Position numbers and translations under genes: made by a program
The notes under the pieces: model-generated
The model's input: the letters and a program-made list of their open reading frames with translations, nothing else
Database searches by the model: none
What the model was told of the DNA's origin: nothing
In this document: positions 23,531 through 32,596 of the stretch, piece after piece
How positions within the stretch are numbered: the first letter of the stretch is position 1
Layout of the letters: the number at the start of each line of letters is the position of its first letter
NCBI GenBank assembly: GCA_030146875.1
Contig: JASLAX010000204.1
Location: forward strand, 1-32,596
Direction of reading: 5' to 3'
Source of the DNA: Longimicrobiaceae bacterium
Lineage (GTDB): Bacteria; Gemmatimonadota; Gemmatimonadetes; Longimicrobiales; Longimicrobiaceae
DNA: 32,596 bases

Positions 23531-25390
23531 CTACCGATACCCCTGCGCCTGCAGCGCGAACAGCTCCGCGTACCGCCCGCCCGCCGCCACCAGCTCGTCG
23601 TGGGTGCCCTCCTCCAGCACGCTCCCGTGCTCCAGCACCACGATCCGGTCGGCCATGCGCACGGTGGAGAAGCGGTGGGAGATCAGCACCGCCATCCGCC
23701 CCGCGGTGAGCTCCGCGAAGCGCTCGAAGACCGTGTACTCCGCGCGGGCGTCCAGCGCCGCCGTGGGCTCGTCCAGGATCAGGAGCTGCGCGTCGCGCAT
23801 GTAGGCGCGTCCCAGCGCCACCTTCTGCCACTGGCCGCCCGACAGGTCCACACCGCCCTCGAAGCGGCGCCCCAGCATCTGCTGGTAGCGGTCCGGCAGG
23901 GCGTCGATCACCTCCACCGCCAGCGAGCGGTGCGCCGCGTCCTCCACCCGCGCCCGCGCCTCCTCGGGCGAGCGCTCCAGCGCGGCGATGCGGCCCACCG
24001 CGATGTTCTCCTCCGCCTTCATGTCGTAGCGCACGAAGTCCTGGAAGATCACCCCCACCTCCGCGTGCAGCGCCGCCGGGTCGTACGCGTGCAGCGGCAG
24101 CCCGTCCAGCAGGATCTCGCCGCGGGTGGGGTCGTAGAGGCGCACCAGCAGCTTGGTGAGCGTCGTCTTCCCCGCGCCGTTCTCTCCGACCAGGGCCACC
24201 CGCTCGCCGGGGAGGATGCGCATGGTCACCCCGCGCAGCACCCAGGAGGGGTGGTCCGGCGGCGGCGGCTCCGTCTCCACCGGCGCGTCGTCGTCCTCGC
24301 CGCGGGCCTCGGGGTAGCGGAACCACACGTCGCGCAGCTCGAAGCCCCGCAGGATCGGCCTCGGCATCGGCGCGGCGGCCTCGGGGCGCGCGATGGTGGG
24401 GCGCATGGCGAAGAAGACGAACAGGTCGTCCAGGTACAGCGCCTGCTCGTACAGCTCCGAGGTGGAGAGGAGCATCCGCTGAATCAGGTCGCGCGAGCGC
24501 GAGAACGACCCCGCGAGCAGGGTCAGGTCGCCCAGGGACAGCCGGCCTTGCACGGTGCGGACGACGATCGCCGCGTACGCCGCGTAGTAGCCGACGGTGG
24601 AGACCAGGGAGAGCCCTGTGCTCACCAGCGAGCGGCGGATGGCCAGGCGCCGGTTCGCGCGGTAGAAGCGCTCCGCCAGCTCCGCGTAGCCGTCGATGAG
24701 CCAGCGGGAGAGCCCGAAGAGCTTCAGCTCCTTGGCCGTCTTGTCCGACGCCGCCACGAAGCGGTAGTAGTCCAGCTTCCGCCGCTCCGGCGTCCACTGG
24801 TAGAGGAGCGAGTAGCCCAGCGCCGCGAAGTGCGTCTCCCCCAGGAACGAGGGGAGCACGGCGACCACCAGCAGCAGGAAGAGGAGGGGCGAGAACGCCA
24901 GCAGCGTCCCCACCAGCGTGAGCAGGGTGATGGCGTCCTGCGCCAGCCCGAAGACCTGGGCCAGCAGGGCGATGCGGCCCACCGTCTGCCGGCGGGCGCG
25001 GTCCAGGCAGTCGTAGAAGCGGGGGTCCTCGAAGTGCTGCAGGTCCAGCTCGGCGGCGTGCTCCATCAGGCGCACGCTCATGGCGTTGGAGAACAGGTCC
25101 CCCAGCAGCGACTCCAGCAGCGTCCCCGAGCGCGCGGCCGCCTCGCCCACGGCCACCACGACCAGCTCGGCGCCCAGCAGCGTCCAGATGCGGTTCCAGT
25201 CGGGCGTCCCGGTGCGGGACGCCTCCACCACCGCGTCCACGATCCCCTTGCCGATCCAGAGCGTGGCCGCCGGGAGCAGCGCCCGCAGCAGCCGCAGCGC
25301 GGCGATCCCCGCCGTGTAGCCGCGGTGCGTGCGCCACACCATCCGCAGGAACGGCGGAAGGTTGCGCATGGCCCGCAGGCGCTCGCGCAT
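23531..25390 (-). CDS. ABC exporter, fused permease/ATP-binding protein (type I exporter, MsbA-like)
   Basis: Six-TM N-terminal domain, then Walker A GENGAGKTT, signature LSGGQWQKVALGRA, Walker B LLILDEPTAALD and H-loop ISHR. Start taken at the internal Met (MRERLRAM). The outer Met at 25453 lacks an RBS and precedes Arg/Gly-rich sequence. Confidence 0.8.
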   Translation of the reverse strand: MRERLRAMRNLPPFLRMVWRTHRGYTAGIAALRLLRALLPAATLWIGKGIVDAVVEASRTGTPDWNRIWTLLGAELVVVAVGEAAARSGTLLESLLGDLFSNAMSVRLMEHAAELDLQHFEDPRFYDCLDRARRQTVGRIALLAQVFGLAQDAITLLTLVGTLLAFSPLLFLLLVVAVLPSFLGETHFAALGYSLLYQWTPERRKLDYYRFVAASDKTAKELKLFGLSRWLIDGYAELAERFYRANRRLAIRRSLVSTGLSLVSTVGYYAAYAAIVVRTVQGRLSLGDLTLLAGSFSRSRDLIQRMLLSTSELYEQALYLDDLFVFFAMRPTIARPEAAAPMPRPILRGFELRDVWFRYPEARGEDDDAPVETEPPPPDHPSWVLRGVTMRILPGERVALVGENGAGKTTLTKLLVRLYDPTRGEILLDGLPLHAYDPAALHAEVGVIFQDFVRYDMKAEENIAVGRIAALERSPEEARARVEDAAHRSLAVEVIDALPDRYQQMLGRRFEGGVDLSGGQWQKVALGRAYMRDAQLLILDEPTAALDARAEYTVFERFAELTAGRMAVLISHRFSTVRMADRIVVLEHGSVLEEGTHDELVAAGGRYAELFALQAQGYR

Positions 25391-25639
25391 GCTGGGGCCG
25401 CGCTCCCCCGGGGAGCGCCGCCGCTGTCCCACGTGATCCCGTGCGTTCGCCATGCGGAATGGTACGCCCGCGGCACCGGCGGCGCGAGCCCGCCGGCGCG
25501 TGTGGGGGATTCACCCACACGCCCACCCGGAACCTCCCTACAGCGCCGCGGGGGCGGGCCGGATAGGTTGCCGGCACCGCAGGGTAGCACCGTCCCGTCC
25601 CGCCCCCGCGCGGGGCTGGCGTCTCCCCGGGTGGCCGGC

Positions 25640-25645
25640 TATAAT
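25640..25645 (+). promoter_or_regulatory. Perfect TATAAT -10 hexamer about 105 nt upstream of ctaC (weak -35 TGGCGT)
   Basis: CCGGCTATAATCCCGC read directly from the sequence. A perfect -10 consensus is conspicuous in 70% GC DNA. A T6 tract (GGCTTTTTTCC) follows 25 nt downstream. Confidence 0.25.
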
Positions 25646-25751
25646 CCCGCGCGGAACGGTGCGGCAGTGGCTTTTTTCCTCCCCGGCGGGGGCGGGAAGG
25701 GCGCCGCGCCACGGGCCCAGCGCCCCATCCAAACGCCCAACTCTCACCGCC

Positions 25752-26843
25752 ATGAAGTCAAGTGTGATCCCGTCCGGCCGCCGTGGGGCAACGCTCCCGC
25801 CGACGGCCGGGTCCCCGGCCCGGACCGGTGCGCGCGGCGCGCTGCGCCTGCTCCCGGTGCTGCTTCCGGTCCTCGCCGCCTGCGGCGACGACCACCTGAA
25901 GCGGTACCCGCAGACGACGTTCGCGCCCGTCACGGAGTTCGCCCGCACCAGCGACTGGCTCTTCTACCTGACGCTGTGGTTCGGGGTGGCGGTGGGGATC
26001 TTCGTGTTCGCGGCCCTGGGCGTGGTGATGTGGAAGTTCCGCTACCGCGCGGACGCCCCCGAGCCGCGCCAGGTGCACGGCAACACCACGCTCGAGATCG
26101 TCTGGACGCTGGTGCCGGCCGTGATCCTGGCCATCATCGCGGTGCCCACGGTGAAGGCCATCTTCAAGACGCAGGCGCCGGCCCCCCCGGACGCCGTGCG
26201 CGTGGAGGTGATCGGCAAGCAGTGGTGGTGGGAGTTCCGCTACCTGGCCGCCAACGGCGACACCGTGGTCTCGGCCAACGAGATCCACGTGCCCGTGGGC
26301 CGGCCGGTGGAGCTGATCCTGAAGTCCGACAACGTGCTGCACTCCTTCTGGGTTCCCCAGATGGGCGGCAAGCGGGACCTGATCCCCAACCGCGTGAACC
26401 GGATCGTCTTCACGCCGGAGCAGCCGGGGGTCTACTACGGGCAGTGCGCCGAGTTCTGCGGCGACTCGCACGCGCTGATGCGCATGCGGCTGATCGCGCA
26501 CTCCCGGGACGGCTACGACCGCTGGCTCGCCAACGAGGCCGCTCCCGCGGTGGAGCCCGCCGACTCGGCGGTGAAGATCGGCAAGCAGCTCGTGACCCAG
26601 GGCGCCTGCCAGGGGTGCCACGTGATCCGCGGCACCAACATGGTGGGGCGCACCGGCCCGGACCTGACGCACTTCGCGCAGCGCCGCACGCTGGCGGCCG
26701 GGATCCTGGACAACAACGCCGAGAACCTGGCGCGCTGGATTCGGAATCCTCCCGAGGTGAAGCCCGGCTCCAAGATGCCGAACCTCAACCTGAAGGAAGA
26801 GGAGATCCGCTACATGGTGGCGTACCTGCAGAGCCTTCAGTAG
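25752..26843 (+). CDS. ctaC: Cytochrome c oxidase subunit II with fused C-terminal cytochrome c domain (caa3-type)
   Basis: Signal/lipoprotein-like N-terminus (LLPVLAACG), two TM helices and the CuA site HSFWVPQ...CAEFCGDSHALM. C-terminal haem-c motif CQGCH. Confidence 0.85.
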   Translation: MKSSVIPSGRRGATLPPTAGSPARTGARGALRLLPVLLPVLAACGDDHLKRYPQTTFAPVTEFARTSDWLFYLTLWFGVAVGIFVFAALGVVMWKFRYRADAPEPRQVHGNTTLEIVWTLVPAVILAIIAVPTVKAIFKTQAPAPPDAVRVEVIGKQWWWEFRYLAANGDTVVSANEIHVPVGRPVELILKSDNVLHSFWVPQMGGKRDLIPNRVNRIVFTPEQPGVYYGQCAEFCGDSHALMRMRLIAHSRDGYDRWLANEAAPAVEPADSAVKIGKQLVTQGACQGCHVIRGTNMVGRTGPDLTHFAQRRTLAAGILDNNAENLARWIRNPPEVKPGSKMPNLNLKEEEIRYMVAYLQSLQ

Positions 26844-26852
26844 AGACGGGAC

Positions 26853-26875
26853 GCCCGGGGCGGATGCCCCGGGCG
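26853..26875 (+). terminator. Short hairpin between ctaC and ctaD (10-bp stem CGCCCGGGGC/GCCCCGGGCG)
   Basis: Inverted repeat 10 nt after the ctaC stop. Possibly an intra-operon attenuator or processing site rather than a full terminator. Confidence 0.25.
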
Positions 26876-26954
26876 CGGAGCGATTCCCGATCCGGCGTAC
26901 CACTTCCCCGCCGCGGGTGACGGCGGGCGGCGCCGCAAACCGAGTGGAGTAGGA

Positions 26955-28916
26955 ATGTCATCGACCGCGACCGTGGCTGCCCACCACCACCCCGTAGCCG
27001 CACCGGCCTCGGAGACGGGGCTCTGGAGCTGGATCACGACCGTCGACCACAAGCGGATCGGCGTGATGTACGGCGTCACCGCCTTCTTCTTCTTCCTGGT
27101 GGGAGGGGTCGAGGCGCTGCTGATCCGTGTCCAGCTCGCCGTACCCAACGCCAAGTTCGTGAGCGCGGAGCTGTACAACCAGCTCTTCACGATGCACGCG
27201 CTCACGATGATCTTCCTGGCGCTGATGCCGCTCACGGCCGCGTACTTCAACTACATCGTGCCGCTGCAGATCGGCGCGCGCGACGTGGCGTTCCCGCGGC
27301 TCAACGCGCTGTCGTACTGGGTGTTCCTGTTCGGCGGCATCCTGCTGAACATGGGCTTCATGATGGGGCTGCTCCCCGGGAGCGCCTCGCAGGCGCCCAA
27401 CTCGGGGTGGTTCGCCTACGCGCCCATCACCATCAAGCTGTACTCGCCCGGCCTGCACATGGACTTCTACGTCCTGGGCCTGCAGGTGCTGGGTCTGTCG
27501 TCCATCATCGCATCGCTGAACTTCATCATCACCATCATCAACCTCCGCGCCCCGGGCATGCGCCTGATGCGGATGCCGATCTTCACCTGGATGACCCTGG
27601 TCACCTCGGTGCTGATCGTGACGGCGATGGCGGTGTTCACGATCGCGATCACCGAGCTGATGTTCGACCGCGTCTTCGGGACGAACTTCTTCAACTCGCA
27701 GACGGCCGGGGCCGACCCGCTGCTCTGGCAGCACCTGTTCTGGATGTTCGGCCACCCCGAGGTGTACATCCTGATCATCCCCATCCTGGGGATGGTCTCG
27801 GAGGTGATCCCGACCTTCTCGCGCAAGCCGCTCTTCGGCTACAACGTGATGGTCTTCTCGGGGGTGCTGATCGGCTGGCTGGGGTGGGGCGTGTGGTCGC
27901 ACCACATGTTCGCCACGGGGATGGGTCCCATCGCGGACTCGTTCTTCGCGCTGAGCACCATGCTCATCGCCATCCCCACCGGCATCAAGATCTTCAACTA
28001 CATGGGTACCATGTGGGGCGGCTCCCTCCGCTTCACCACGGCCATGCTGTTCGCCATCGCCTTCATCGGGATGTTCACGATCGGCGGGATCTCGGGCGTG
28101 ATGCACTCGGCCGCCCCGTCGGACCTGCAGCAGACCGACACGTACTTCGTGGTGGCCCACCTGCACTACGTCTTCTTCGGGGGCACGGTGCTGGGGCTGT
28201 GGTCGGGGACGTACTACTGGTTCCCCAAGGTGTTCGGGCGCATGCTGGACGAGCGGCTGGGGAAGGCGCACTTCTGGATCACGCTGGTGGGGATGAACCT
28301 CACCTTCTTCCCCATGCACTTCCTGGGGATGTACGGGATGCCGCGGCGCATCTTCACCTACGACGGGAACCTGGGCTTCAACGCCATGAACATGATGGCG
28401 ACCGTCGGGGCGTTCGCCATCGCGCTGGGCACCCTGGTCTTCGCGGTCAACCTGGTGGTGTCGCGCAAGTGGGGCGCCATGGCGGGGCCCAACCCGTGGG
28501 GCGCGGCCACGCTGGAGTGGAGCATCCCGTCGCCGCCGCCGGTCTACAACTTCCGCGAGCTCCCCATCGTGCACTCGCGCCTCCCCCTGTGGGAGGAGAA
28601 CGCCACGCAGGCCGCCGGGATCCCGCACGGCAAGGTGGAGGAGGGCAGCGAGCAGGTCACCATCGCCGGCACCCAGATCGGCGAGTTCCACCACGGCGAC
28701 GCCGAGAGCAAGATGTCGGCGCACGACCTGGGGATCCACCTGCCGCCGCCCTCCTTCTGGCCCATCGTGATGGCCGCGGGGATCACCATGCTGTTCGGCG
28801 GGCTGATCTTCCGCCAGGTGCAGGGCGCCGCCCACAACCTGTGGTACATGTCCCTGGTGGGGCTGGTCGTGATCATCGTCTCGATGTACAACTGGGCCTT
28901 CGAGCCGGGCCACTGA
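26955..28916 (+). CDS. ctaD: Cytochrome c oxidase subunit I (haem-copper oxidase catalytic subunit) with ~100-aa C-terminal two-helix extension
   Basis: Canonical 12-TM subunit I with conserved His ligands (WFFGHPEVYILI, HHMF, VVAHLHYV). RBS GGAGTAGGA before the ATG. The extra C-terminal TM helices are as seen in caa3-type enzymes. Confidence 0.9.
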   Translation: MSSTATVAAHHHPVAAPASETGLWSWITTVDHKRIGVMYGVTAFFFFLVGGVEALLIRVQLAVPNAKFVSAELYNQLFTMHALTMIFLALMPLTAAYFNYIVPLQIGARDVAFPRLNALSYWVFLFGGILLNMGFMMGLLPGSASQAPNSGWFAYAPITIKLYSPGLHMDFYVLGLQVLGLSSIIASLNFIITIINLRAPGMRLMRMPIFTWMTLVTSVLIVTAMAVFTIAITELMFDRVFGTNFFNSQTAGADPLLWQHLFWMFGHPEVYILIIPILGMVSEVIPTFSRKPLFGYNVMVFSGVLIGWLGWGVWSHHMFATGMGPIADSFFALSTMLIAIPTGIKIFNYMGTMWGGSLRFTTAMLFAIAFIGMFTIGGISGVMHSAAPSDLQQTDTYFVVAHLHYVFFGGTVLGLWSGTYYWFPKVFGRMLDERLGKAHFWITLVGMNLTFFPMHFLGMYGMPRRIFTYDGNLGFNAMNMMATVGAFAIALGTLVFAVNLVVSRKWGAMAGPNPWGAATLEWSIPSPPPVYNFRELPIVHSRLPLWEENATQAAGIPHGKVEEGSEQVTIAGTQIGEFHHGDAESKMSAHDLGIHLPPPSFWPIVMAAGITMLFGGLIFRQVQGAAHNLWYMSLVGLVVIIVSMYNWAFEPGH

Positions 28917-28968
28917 GCCGGGCCGCAGCAGAACCGACACCGACCCGACCGGACGGAGGACTCTCACC

Positions 28969-29610
28969 GTGGATCACGCACACGCGATGGCCGGGCACGC
29001 CGCCGACCCCGCGCACGTCGACACGTCGACCGGGCTGGACTCCCGGAAGCTGGCGTTCTGGACCTTCATCGGGTCCGAGTGCCTGCTCTTCGGCTCCCTG
29101 ATCGCCACCTACATGGCGTACAAGGGGAAGAGCCTGGTGGGCCCGTTCCCGCACGACACCGTCGTGAACGGCCAGTTGGTGAAGGGGGTGCTCAACATCG
29201 AGCTCACCACGGTCAGCACCTTCATCCTGCTGATGAGCTCGGTGATGATGGTGCTGGCGCTGAACTCGGTGCAGCGCGGCGACCGCAAGGGCAGCGTGCT
29301 GTGGCTGGGGATGACGGCGCTCTTCGGCTCCGTCTTCCTGGGGTGCCAGGTCTACGAGTTCACCCACTTCTACCACAACGGGCTGACGCTCGAGACCAAC
29401 CTGTTCGGCTCCACCTTCTTCGTGCTGACCGGCTTCCACGGGGCGCACGTCACGGTGGGGGTGATCTACCTGATCACGCTGATGTTCCTGTCGCTGAAGG
29501 GCAAGCTGGGCCCCGAGAAGACGCTGAACGTGGAGATCGCGGGCCTGTACTGGCACTTCGTGGACGTGATCTGGATCGTGATCTTCCCCCTCGTGTACCT
29601 GATCAAGTGA
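28969..29610 (+). CDS. ctaE: Cytochrome c oxidase subunit III
   Basis: Five-TM subunit III pattern (WTFIGSECLLFGSLIATY...FVLTGFHGAHVTVGVIYL...YWHFVDVIWIVIF). GTG 28969 is preceded by a GGAGGA RBS. ATG 28987 is an alternative. Confidence 0.85.
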   Translation: MDHAHAMAGHAADPAHVDTSTGLDSRKLAFWTFIGSECLLFGSLIATYMAYKGKSLVGPFPHDTVVNGQLVKGVLNIELTTVSTFILLMSSVMMVLALNSVQRGDRKGSVLWLGMTALFGSVFLGCQVYEFTHFYHNGLTLETNLFGSTFFVLTGFHGAHVTVGVIYLITLMFLSLKGKLGPEKTLNVEIAGLYWHFVDVIWIVIFPLVYLIK

Positions 29611-29618
29611 AGAGCGAG

Positions 29619-30032
29619 ATGACCTCACAGACTCGCGAGATCTCGCACGACCAGCACCACCACCCCACGCGCGGCTTCTACGTGATGATCGGCGTGGTCC
29701 TCCTGGTCCTGACGGGGCTGGAGGTGGTGGGCTACGTGGGCGAGACCAGGAACTGGTACGGACCCGGCCTGGCAGCGGCCATCATCCTGCTGCTCTCGGC
29801 CGCCAAGTTCCTGCTGGTGGTCGCGCTGTACATGCACCTGAAGTACGACCACAAGCTGTTCACGGGGATCTTCGTGTTCCCCGCGCTGCTGGGCACGCTG
29901 GTAATCGGGTCCATGATCATCCTGTTCCAGATCGTGCACGGCACCAGCACCGAGATCCACGGAACGCCCACGACCGACACGGACGTGCACGGCTCGTCGG
30001 CCACCACGCCGACCTCCACCCCGCGGCAATAG
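29619..30032 (+). CDS. ctaF: Cytochrome c oxidase subunit IV (small 3-TM prokaryotic subunit, CtaF-like)
   Basis: 137 aa with three hydrophobic helices. Position directly after ctaE is typical of ctaF. Start is 6 nt after the ctaE stop. Confidence 0.55.
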   Translation: MTSQTREISHDQHHHPTRGFYVMIGVVLLVLTGLEVVGYVGETRNWYGPGLAAAIILLLSAAKFLLVVALYMHLKYDHKLFTGIFVFPALLGTLVIGSMIILFQIVHGTSTEIHGTPTTDTDVHGSSATTPTSTPRQ

Positions 30033-30073
30033 CCGCGCGCAGAACCGGGCGGGACCCGCGGGAAGGAAGCACC

Positions 30074-30958
30074 ATGATCCTGGGCGCGATGGCGCTGCTG
30101 CACGCCGGCAGCTTCTCGTGGAGCGAGTGGACCGTGTACCCGAGCTTCCTGGTCGGGTGGCTCCTCCTGGGCGGCGCGTACTTCCTGGTGGTGGGCCCGC
30201 TGCGGCGGCGCATTCCCGGCTCGCGGCCCGTGCCCCCCGCACGGGTCGCCAGCTTCGCGTTCGCCCTGGCCCTGATCTTCCTCTCCTTGCAGGGCCCGCT
30301 CCACCAGCTGAGCGACTACTTCCTGTTCAGCGCGCACATGGTGCAGCACCTGGTGCTGATCCTGGCCATGCCGCCCTTCCTGCTGTACGGGATCCCCGAC
30401 TGGCTGCTGCGCCCCGCGCTGCGGGTGCGCCCCATCGCCCTGGCGGCGCGCTTCGTCACCCTGCCGCTGGTGGCGTTCTCGCTGAACAACGCCATCTTCC
30501 TGGCGTGGCACTTCCCGGGTCCGTACGACATGATGATGCGGAACCACCCGGTGCACGTGGGCATGCACCTCACCATCATGGTGACCGGGGTCATCATGTG
30601 GTGGCCTGTGATGTCGCCGCTCCCGGAGCTTCCGCGCATCGCCGCGCCGCTGCAGATGCTCTACCTGTTCGTGCTGGGCATCCCCATGATGATCACGGCC
30701 GCGCTGATCACCTTCTCGCGCACGCCGCTCTACCAGTGGTACGTGGAGGCCCCCCGCATCGCCGCGCTCTCGCCGCTGGACGACCAGCGCCTGGGAGGGG
30801 TGATCATGTGGGTGCCGGGCGGGCTCGTGCTCTGGATCGCCATCACCGCCGTCTACTTCCGCTGGACCCAGCGCGAGGTGCGCGAGGACGAGGCCGCGGT
30901 GCCGTCCCGCCCGCCCGTCACGCGGGCGGGCCTGGTGCTCCCGCCGGCCCGCTACTGA
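30074..30958 (+). CDS. ctaG: caa3-type cytochrome oxidase assembly factor CtaG (Caa3_CtaG family)
   Basis: Polytopic membrane protein with conserved HMVQH and WHFPGPYD blocks of the Bacillus-type CtaG family. Located immediately downstream of ctaF. Confidence 0.7.
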   Translation: MILGAMALLHAGSFSWSEWTVYPSFLVGWLLLGGAYFLVVGPLRRRIPGSRPVPPARVASFAFALALIFLSLQGPLHQLSDYFLFSAHMVQHLVLILAMPPFLLYGIPDWLLRPALRVRPIALAARFVTLPLVAFSLNNAIFLAWHFPGPYDMMMRNHPVHVGMHLTIMVTGVIMWWPVMSPLPELPRIAAPLQMLYLFVLGIPMMITAALITFSRTPLYQWYVEAPRIAALSPLDDQRLGGVIMWVPGGLVLWIAITAVYFRWTQREVREDEAAVPSRPPVTRAGLVLPPARY

Positions 30959-31047
30959 GGGGAGCGGTGGTCCGCGACGTCGACCCGGCGACGTCCGCCG
31001 ACTCCGAGGGAAACCCCGACGGCCCCGCCCTCCGACGCCGTCCGACC

Positions 31048-31089
31048 AAGCGAAGCGCCCCCGGCCGCACGGCCGGGGGCGCTTCGCTT
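31048..31089. terminator. Perfect 19-bp hairpin between convergent ctaG and lipoprotein genes (bidirectional terminator)
   Basis: AAGCGAAGCGCCCCCGGCC-gcac-GGCCGGGGGCGCTTCGCTT, followed by TCGTCCTTCCGCTCC. Confidence 0.6.
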
Positions 31090-31134
31090 CGTCCTTCCGC
31101 TCCTCCTCCGCGGTCGCGGCCGCGGCCGAGGAGC

Positions 31135-31719
31135 CTACCCGCGCCCGCTGCCCTGCGGCAGGTCGGAGCAGGCGAAGGGCGGCGTGGCGGGGCCGGCGTT
31201 CTCGCCGTGCACCAGCACCGTGTGCTTGCCGTTCAGCACGGTGGTCGAAGGCACCGGGACGATGGCGTTGGAGGAGCCGGCCCCGGTGCCGAGCAGGGTG
31301 ATGATGGGCAGGGCGTGCACCTGCCGGCCGGGCGCCTGGCAGCTCCCCTCGTGCAGGGCGGCCTGGTAGGCACGTCCGCCGGCGGGGGCGCCGGTGATCT
31401 GCACCACCACGTTGGTGCCGGTGCCGGCCTGCATCACCGTGACGGAGCCGGTGAGGCCGGAGTCGTTGAGGGCCCGCAGCGTCCCGGTGGCCGCCTGGCC
31501 GCCGCCGGGGTTGGGCACCGGGGTCACGGGGGCCCGGCCGCTCTCGTAGGTGGAGCCGCCGCTGGTGTCGTCGCTCACCTCCACGATCTCGCCCTGGGCC
31601 CCGGCGGAGACGTCGGCCGTCTCCGGGGTGGCCCGGTCGCGGTTGCCCTCGACCGAGCAGGCGGCGGCGACGGGAAGGAGGAGCAGGGTGAGGAGGGTGT
31701 TGGGCGGCGTGCGTCTCAT
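31135..31719 (-). CDS. Secreted lipoprotein of unknown function (C-terminal beta-rich domain, possibly CHRD- or Cu/Zn-SOD-like fold)
   Basis: Lipobox LLLLPVAAACS from the internal Met. Gly/Thr/Val-rich C-terminal domain with two Cys (CQAPG ... FACSDL). No confident family assignment. Confidence 0.5.
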   Translation of the reverse strand: MRRTPPNTLLTLLLLPVAAACSVEGNRDRATPETADVSAGAQGEIVEVSDDTSGGSTYESGRAPVTPVPNPGGGQAATGTLRALNDSGLTGSVTVMQAGTGTNVVVQITGAPAGGRAYQAALHEGSCQAPGRQVHALPIITLLGTGAGSSNAIVPVPSTTVLNGKHTVLVHGENAGPATPPFACSDLPQGSGRG

Positions 31720-31791
31720 CGCGATGGGCTCCCGGGGTCCGGTACGGTGGCTTTGCACACCGGCCCGGCAAGGAGCATTCCGCCGACGCCC

Positions 31792-32379
31792 TTACGGCTG
31801 CTGCCGGGGAGAGGCGGCGGGGGCGCGGGAGCGCAGCACGGCGTCGATGCGGTCCTTCAGCTCCTGCCCGCGCTCCACGAGCTGCTCGGTGGCAGGCTCC
31901 ACGCGCAGCATCTCGCGGCGGAGCTGCGCCTCGTAGGCGCGGATGCGGGCGGCCATGGCGGGCTCGCGCACGGCGCGCTCGTGGGCGGCCTGGAAGCGCG
32001 CCGCCAGCGGCTCCATCTCGCGCCAGACGGCGCTGGCGCGGGCGGCGTCGCCCGTCTGCTGGGCGCGCTGCATCTCGGCCTGCAGCGCCTCGTAGCGCGA
32101 GGTCAGCCGCTCCAGCCCGGGGTCGATGCGGTGCACGGCCTGCTGCAGGGCAGCGCCCACCGCGCGGTGGGCCTCGCGCAGGGCGGGGTCCTCGAGCGCG
32201 CGGCGGTGCACCTGCTGGAGGCGCTGGGCCACGTCCTGCAGCTCGGCGTACCAGGCGCGCGCCTCGTTGCGCGAGGGCGAGACGGGGACGCGCGCGTCGA
32301 TCTGCTTCTGGGCGGCGGCCGCGGCGGGAAGCGCCAGGACGGCGAACGCGAGGACGCACGCGCGCGGGATGGGTCTCAC
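31792..32379 (-). CDS. Secreted all-alpha-helical protein of unknown function
   Basis: Signal peptide MRPIPRACVLAFAVLALPAAAAAQ. The remainder is Ala/Arg/Glu/Gln-rich and predicted helical. High third-position GC. Confidence 0.45.
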   Translation of the reverse strand: MRPIPRACVLAFAVLALPAAAAAQKQIDARVPVSPSRNEARAWYAELQDVAQRLQQVHRRALEDPALREAHRAVGAALQQAVHRIDPGLERLTSRYEALQAEMQRAQQTGDAARASAVWREMEPLAARFQAAHERAVREPAMAARIRAYEAQLRREMLRVEPATEQLVERGQELKDRIDAVLRSRAPAASPRQQP

Positions 32380-32596
32380 TGCGGTCGTTCTCCTGCTGCA
32401 TGGGGCCGGGGGCGCCGCGCCCCGGCCCGGGGGGCGGGGGCGGCGCGGCTGTGGTTACAACCCCGAAGTGGCGGGAGGGTTTCAACTTCGCTCCCGGGCG
32501 CGGCGCCCGCGGGTGGGCGCTACGCCGGCGGGCGCGCCGTGTCGGGCGGCGCGGGTGCCGCGGGCGGCGCCTGCGGCTCCGGCTTCACCGGCGTGC

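Noticed and set aside
23411-26920. 1169-aa plus-strand ORF and 761-aa minus ORF (23427..25712) across the ABC exporter/ctaC region
   Set aside because: Alternative frames of genuine genes. Arg/Gly-rich with no motifs.
29732-32485. 917-aa minus-strand ORF
   Set aside because: Antisense to ctaF/ctaG and spanning the terminator hairpin. Junk composition.

Overview
This is a high-GC (roughly 70%) bacterial chromosomal segment with about 32 supportable protein-coding genes. I recognised no rRNA, tRNA or CRISPR array. The six-frame track is dominated by very long artefactual ORFs typical of high-GC DNA, so I called genes from recognisable protein families together with codon-phase arguments. Gene order runs as follows:

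- Cupredoxin and a DUF59 Fe-S assembly protein (minus strand).
- pfkA, a GAF-GGDEF diguanylate cyclase and yhbY (plus strand).
- A tandem pair of membrane-anchored L,D-transpeptidase paralogues (one active, one degenerate), then a DUF423 membrane protein.
- A lipoprotein with a DUF4384-like domain and a Pro/Glu/Arg-rich tail built from four 60-nt tandem repeats.
- Family-5 uracil-DNA glycosylase (udgB), then a NfeD-like/flotillin operon.
- A DUF429-like gene start/stop-overlapped with a secreted Xaa-Pro aminopeptidase, then a YyaL-like thioredoxin-domain protein.
- An AmgK-like sugar kinase fused to a RapZ C-terminal domain, followed by a MurU-like nucleotidyltransferase.
- A co-directional minus-strand chain: GNAT acetyltransferase, 65-aa ORF, MntA, MntA, HepT, class-III aminotransferase.
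- A REP-associated tyrosine transposase (RAYT) flanked by inverted arrays of REP hairpins, then an ABC exporter.
- A caa3-type cytochrome c oxidase operon (ctaC-ctaD-ctaE-ctaF-ctaG) and two secreted proteins.

The most notable features are:

- the one-HepT/two-MntA module with start/stop overlaps running into its neighbours;
- the APH-kinase/RapZ-C fusion next to MurU;
- the REP-RAYT-REP locus;
- a yhbY gene with no canonical start codon, overlapping the stop of the diguanylate cyclase.
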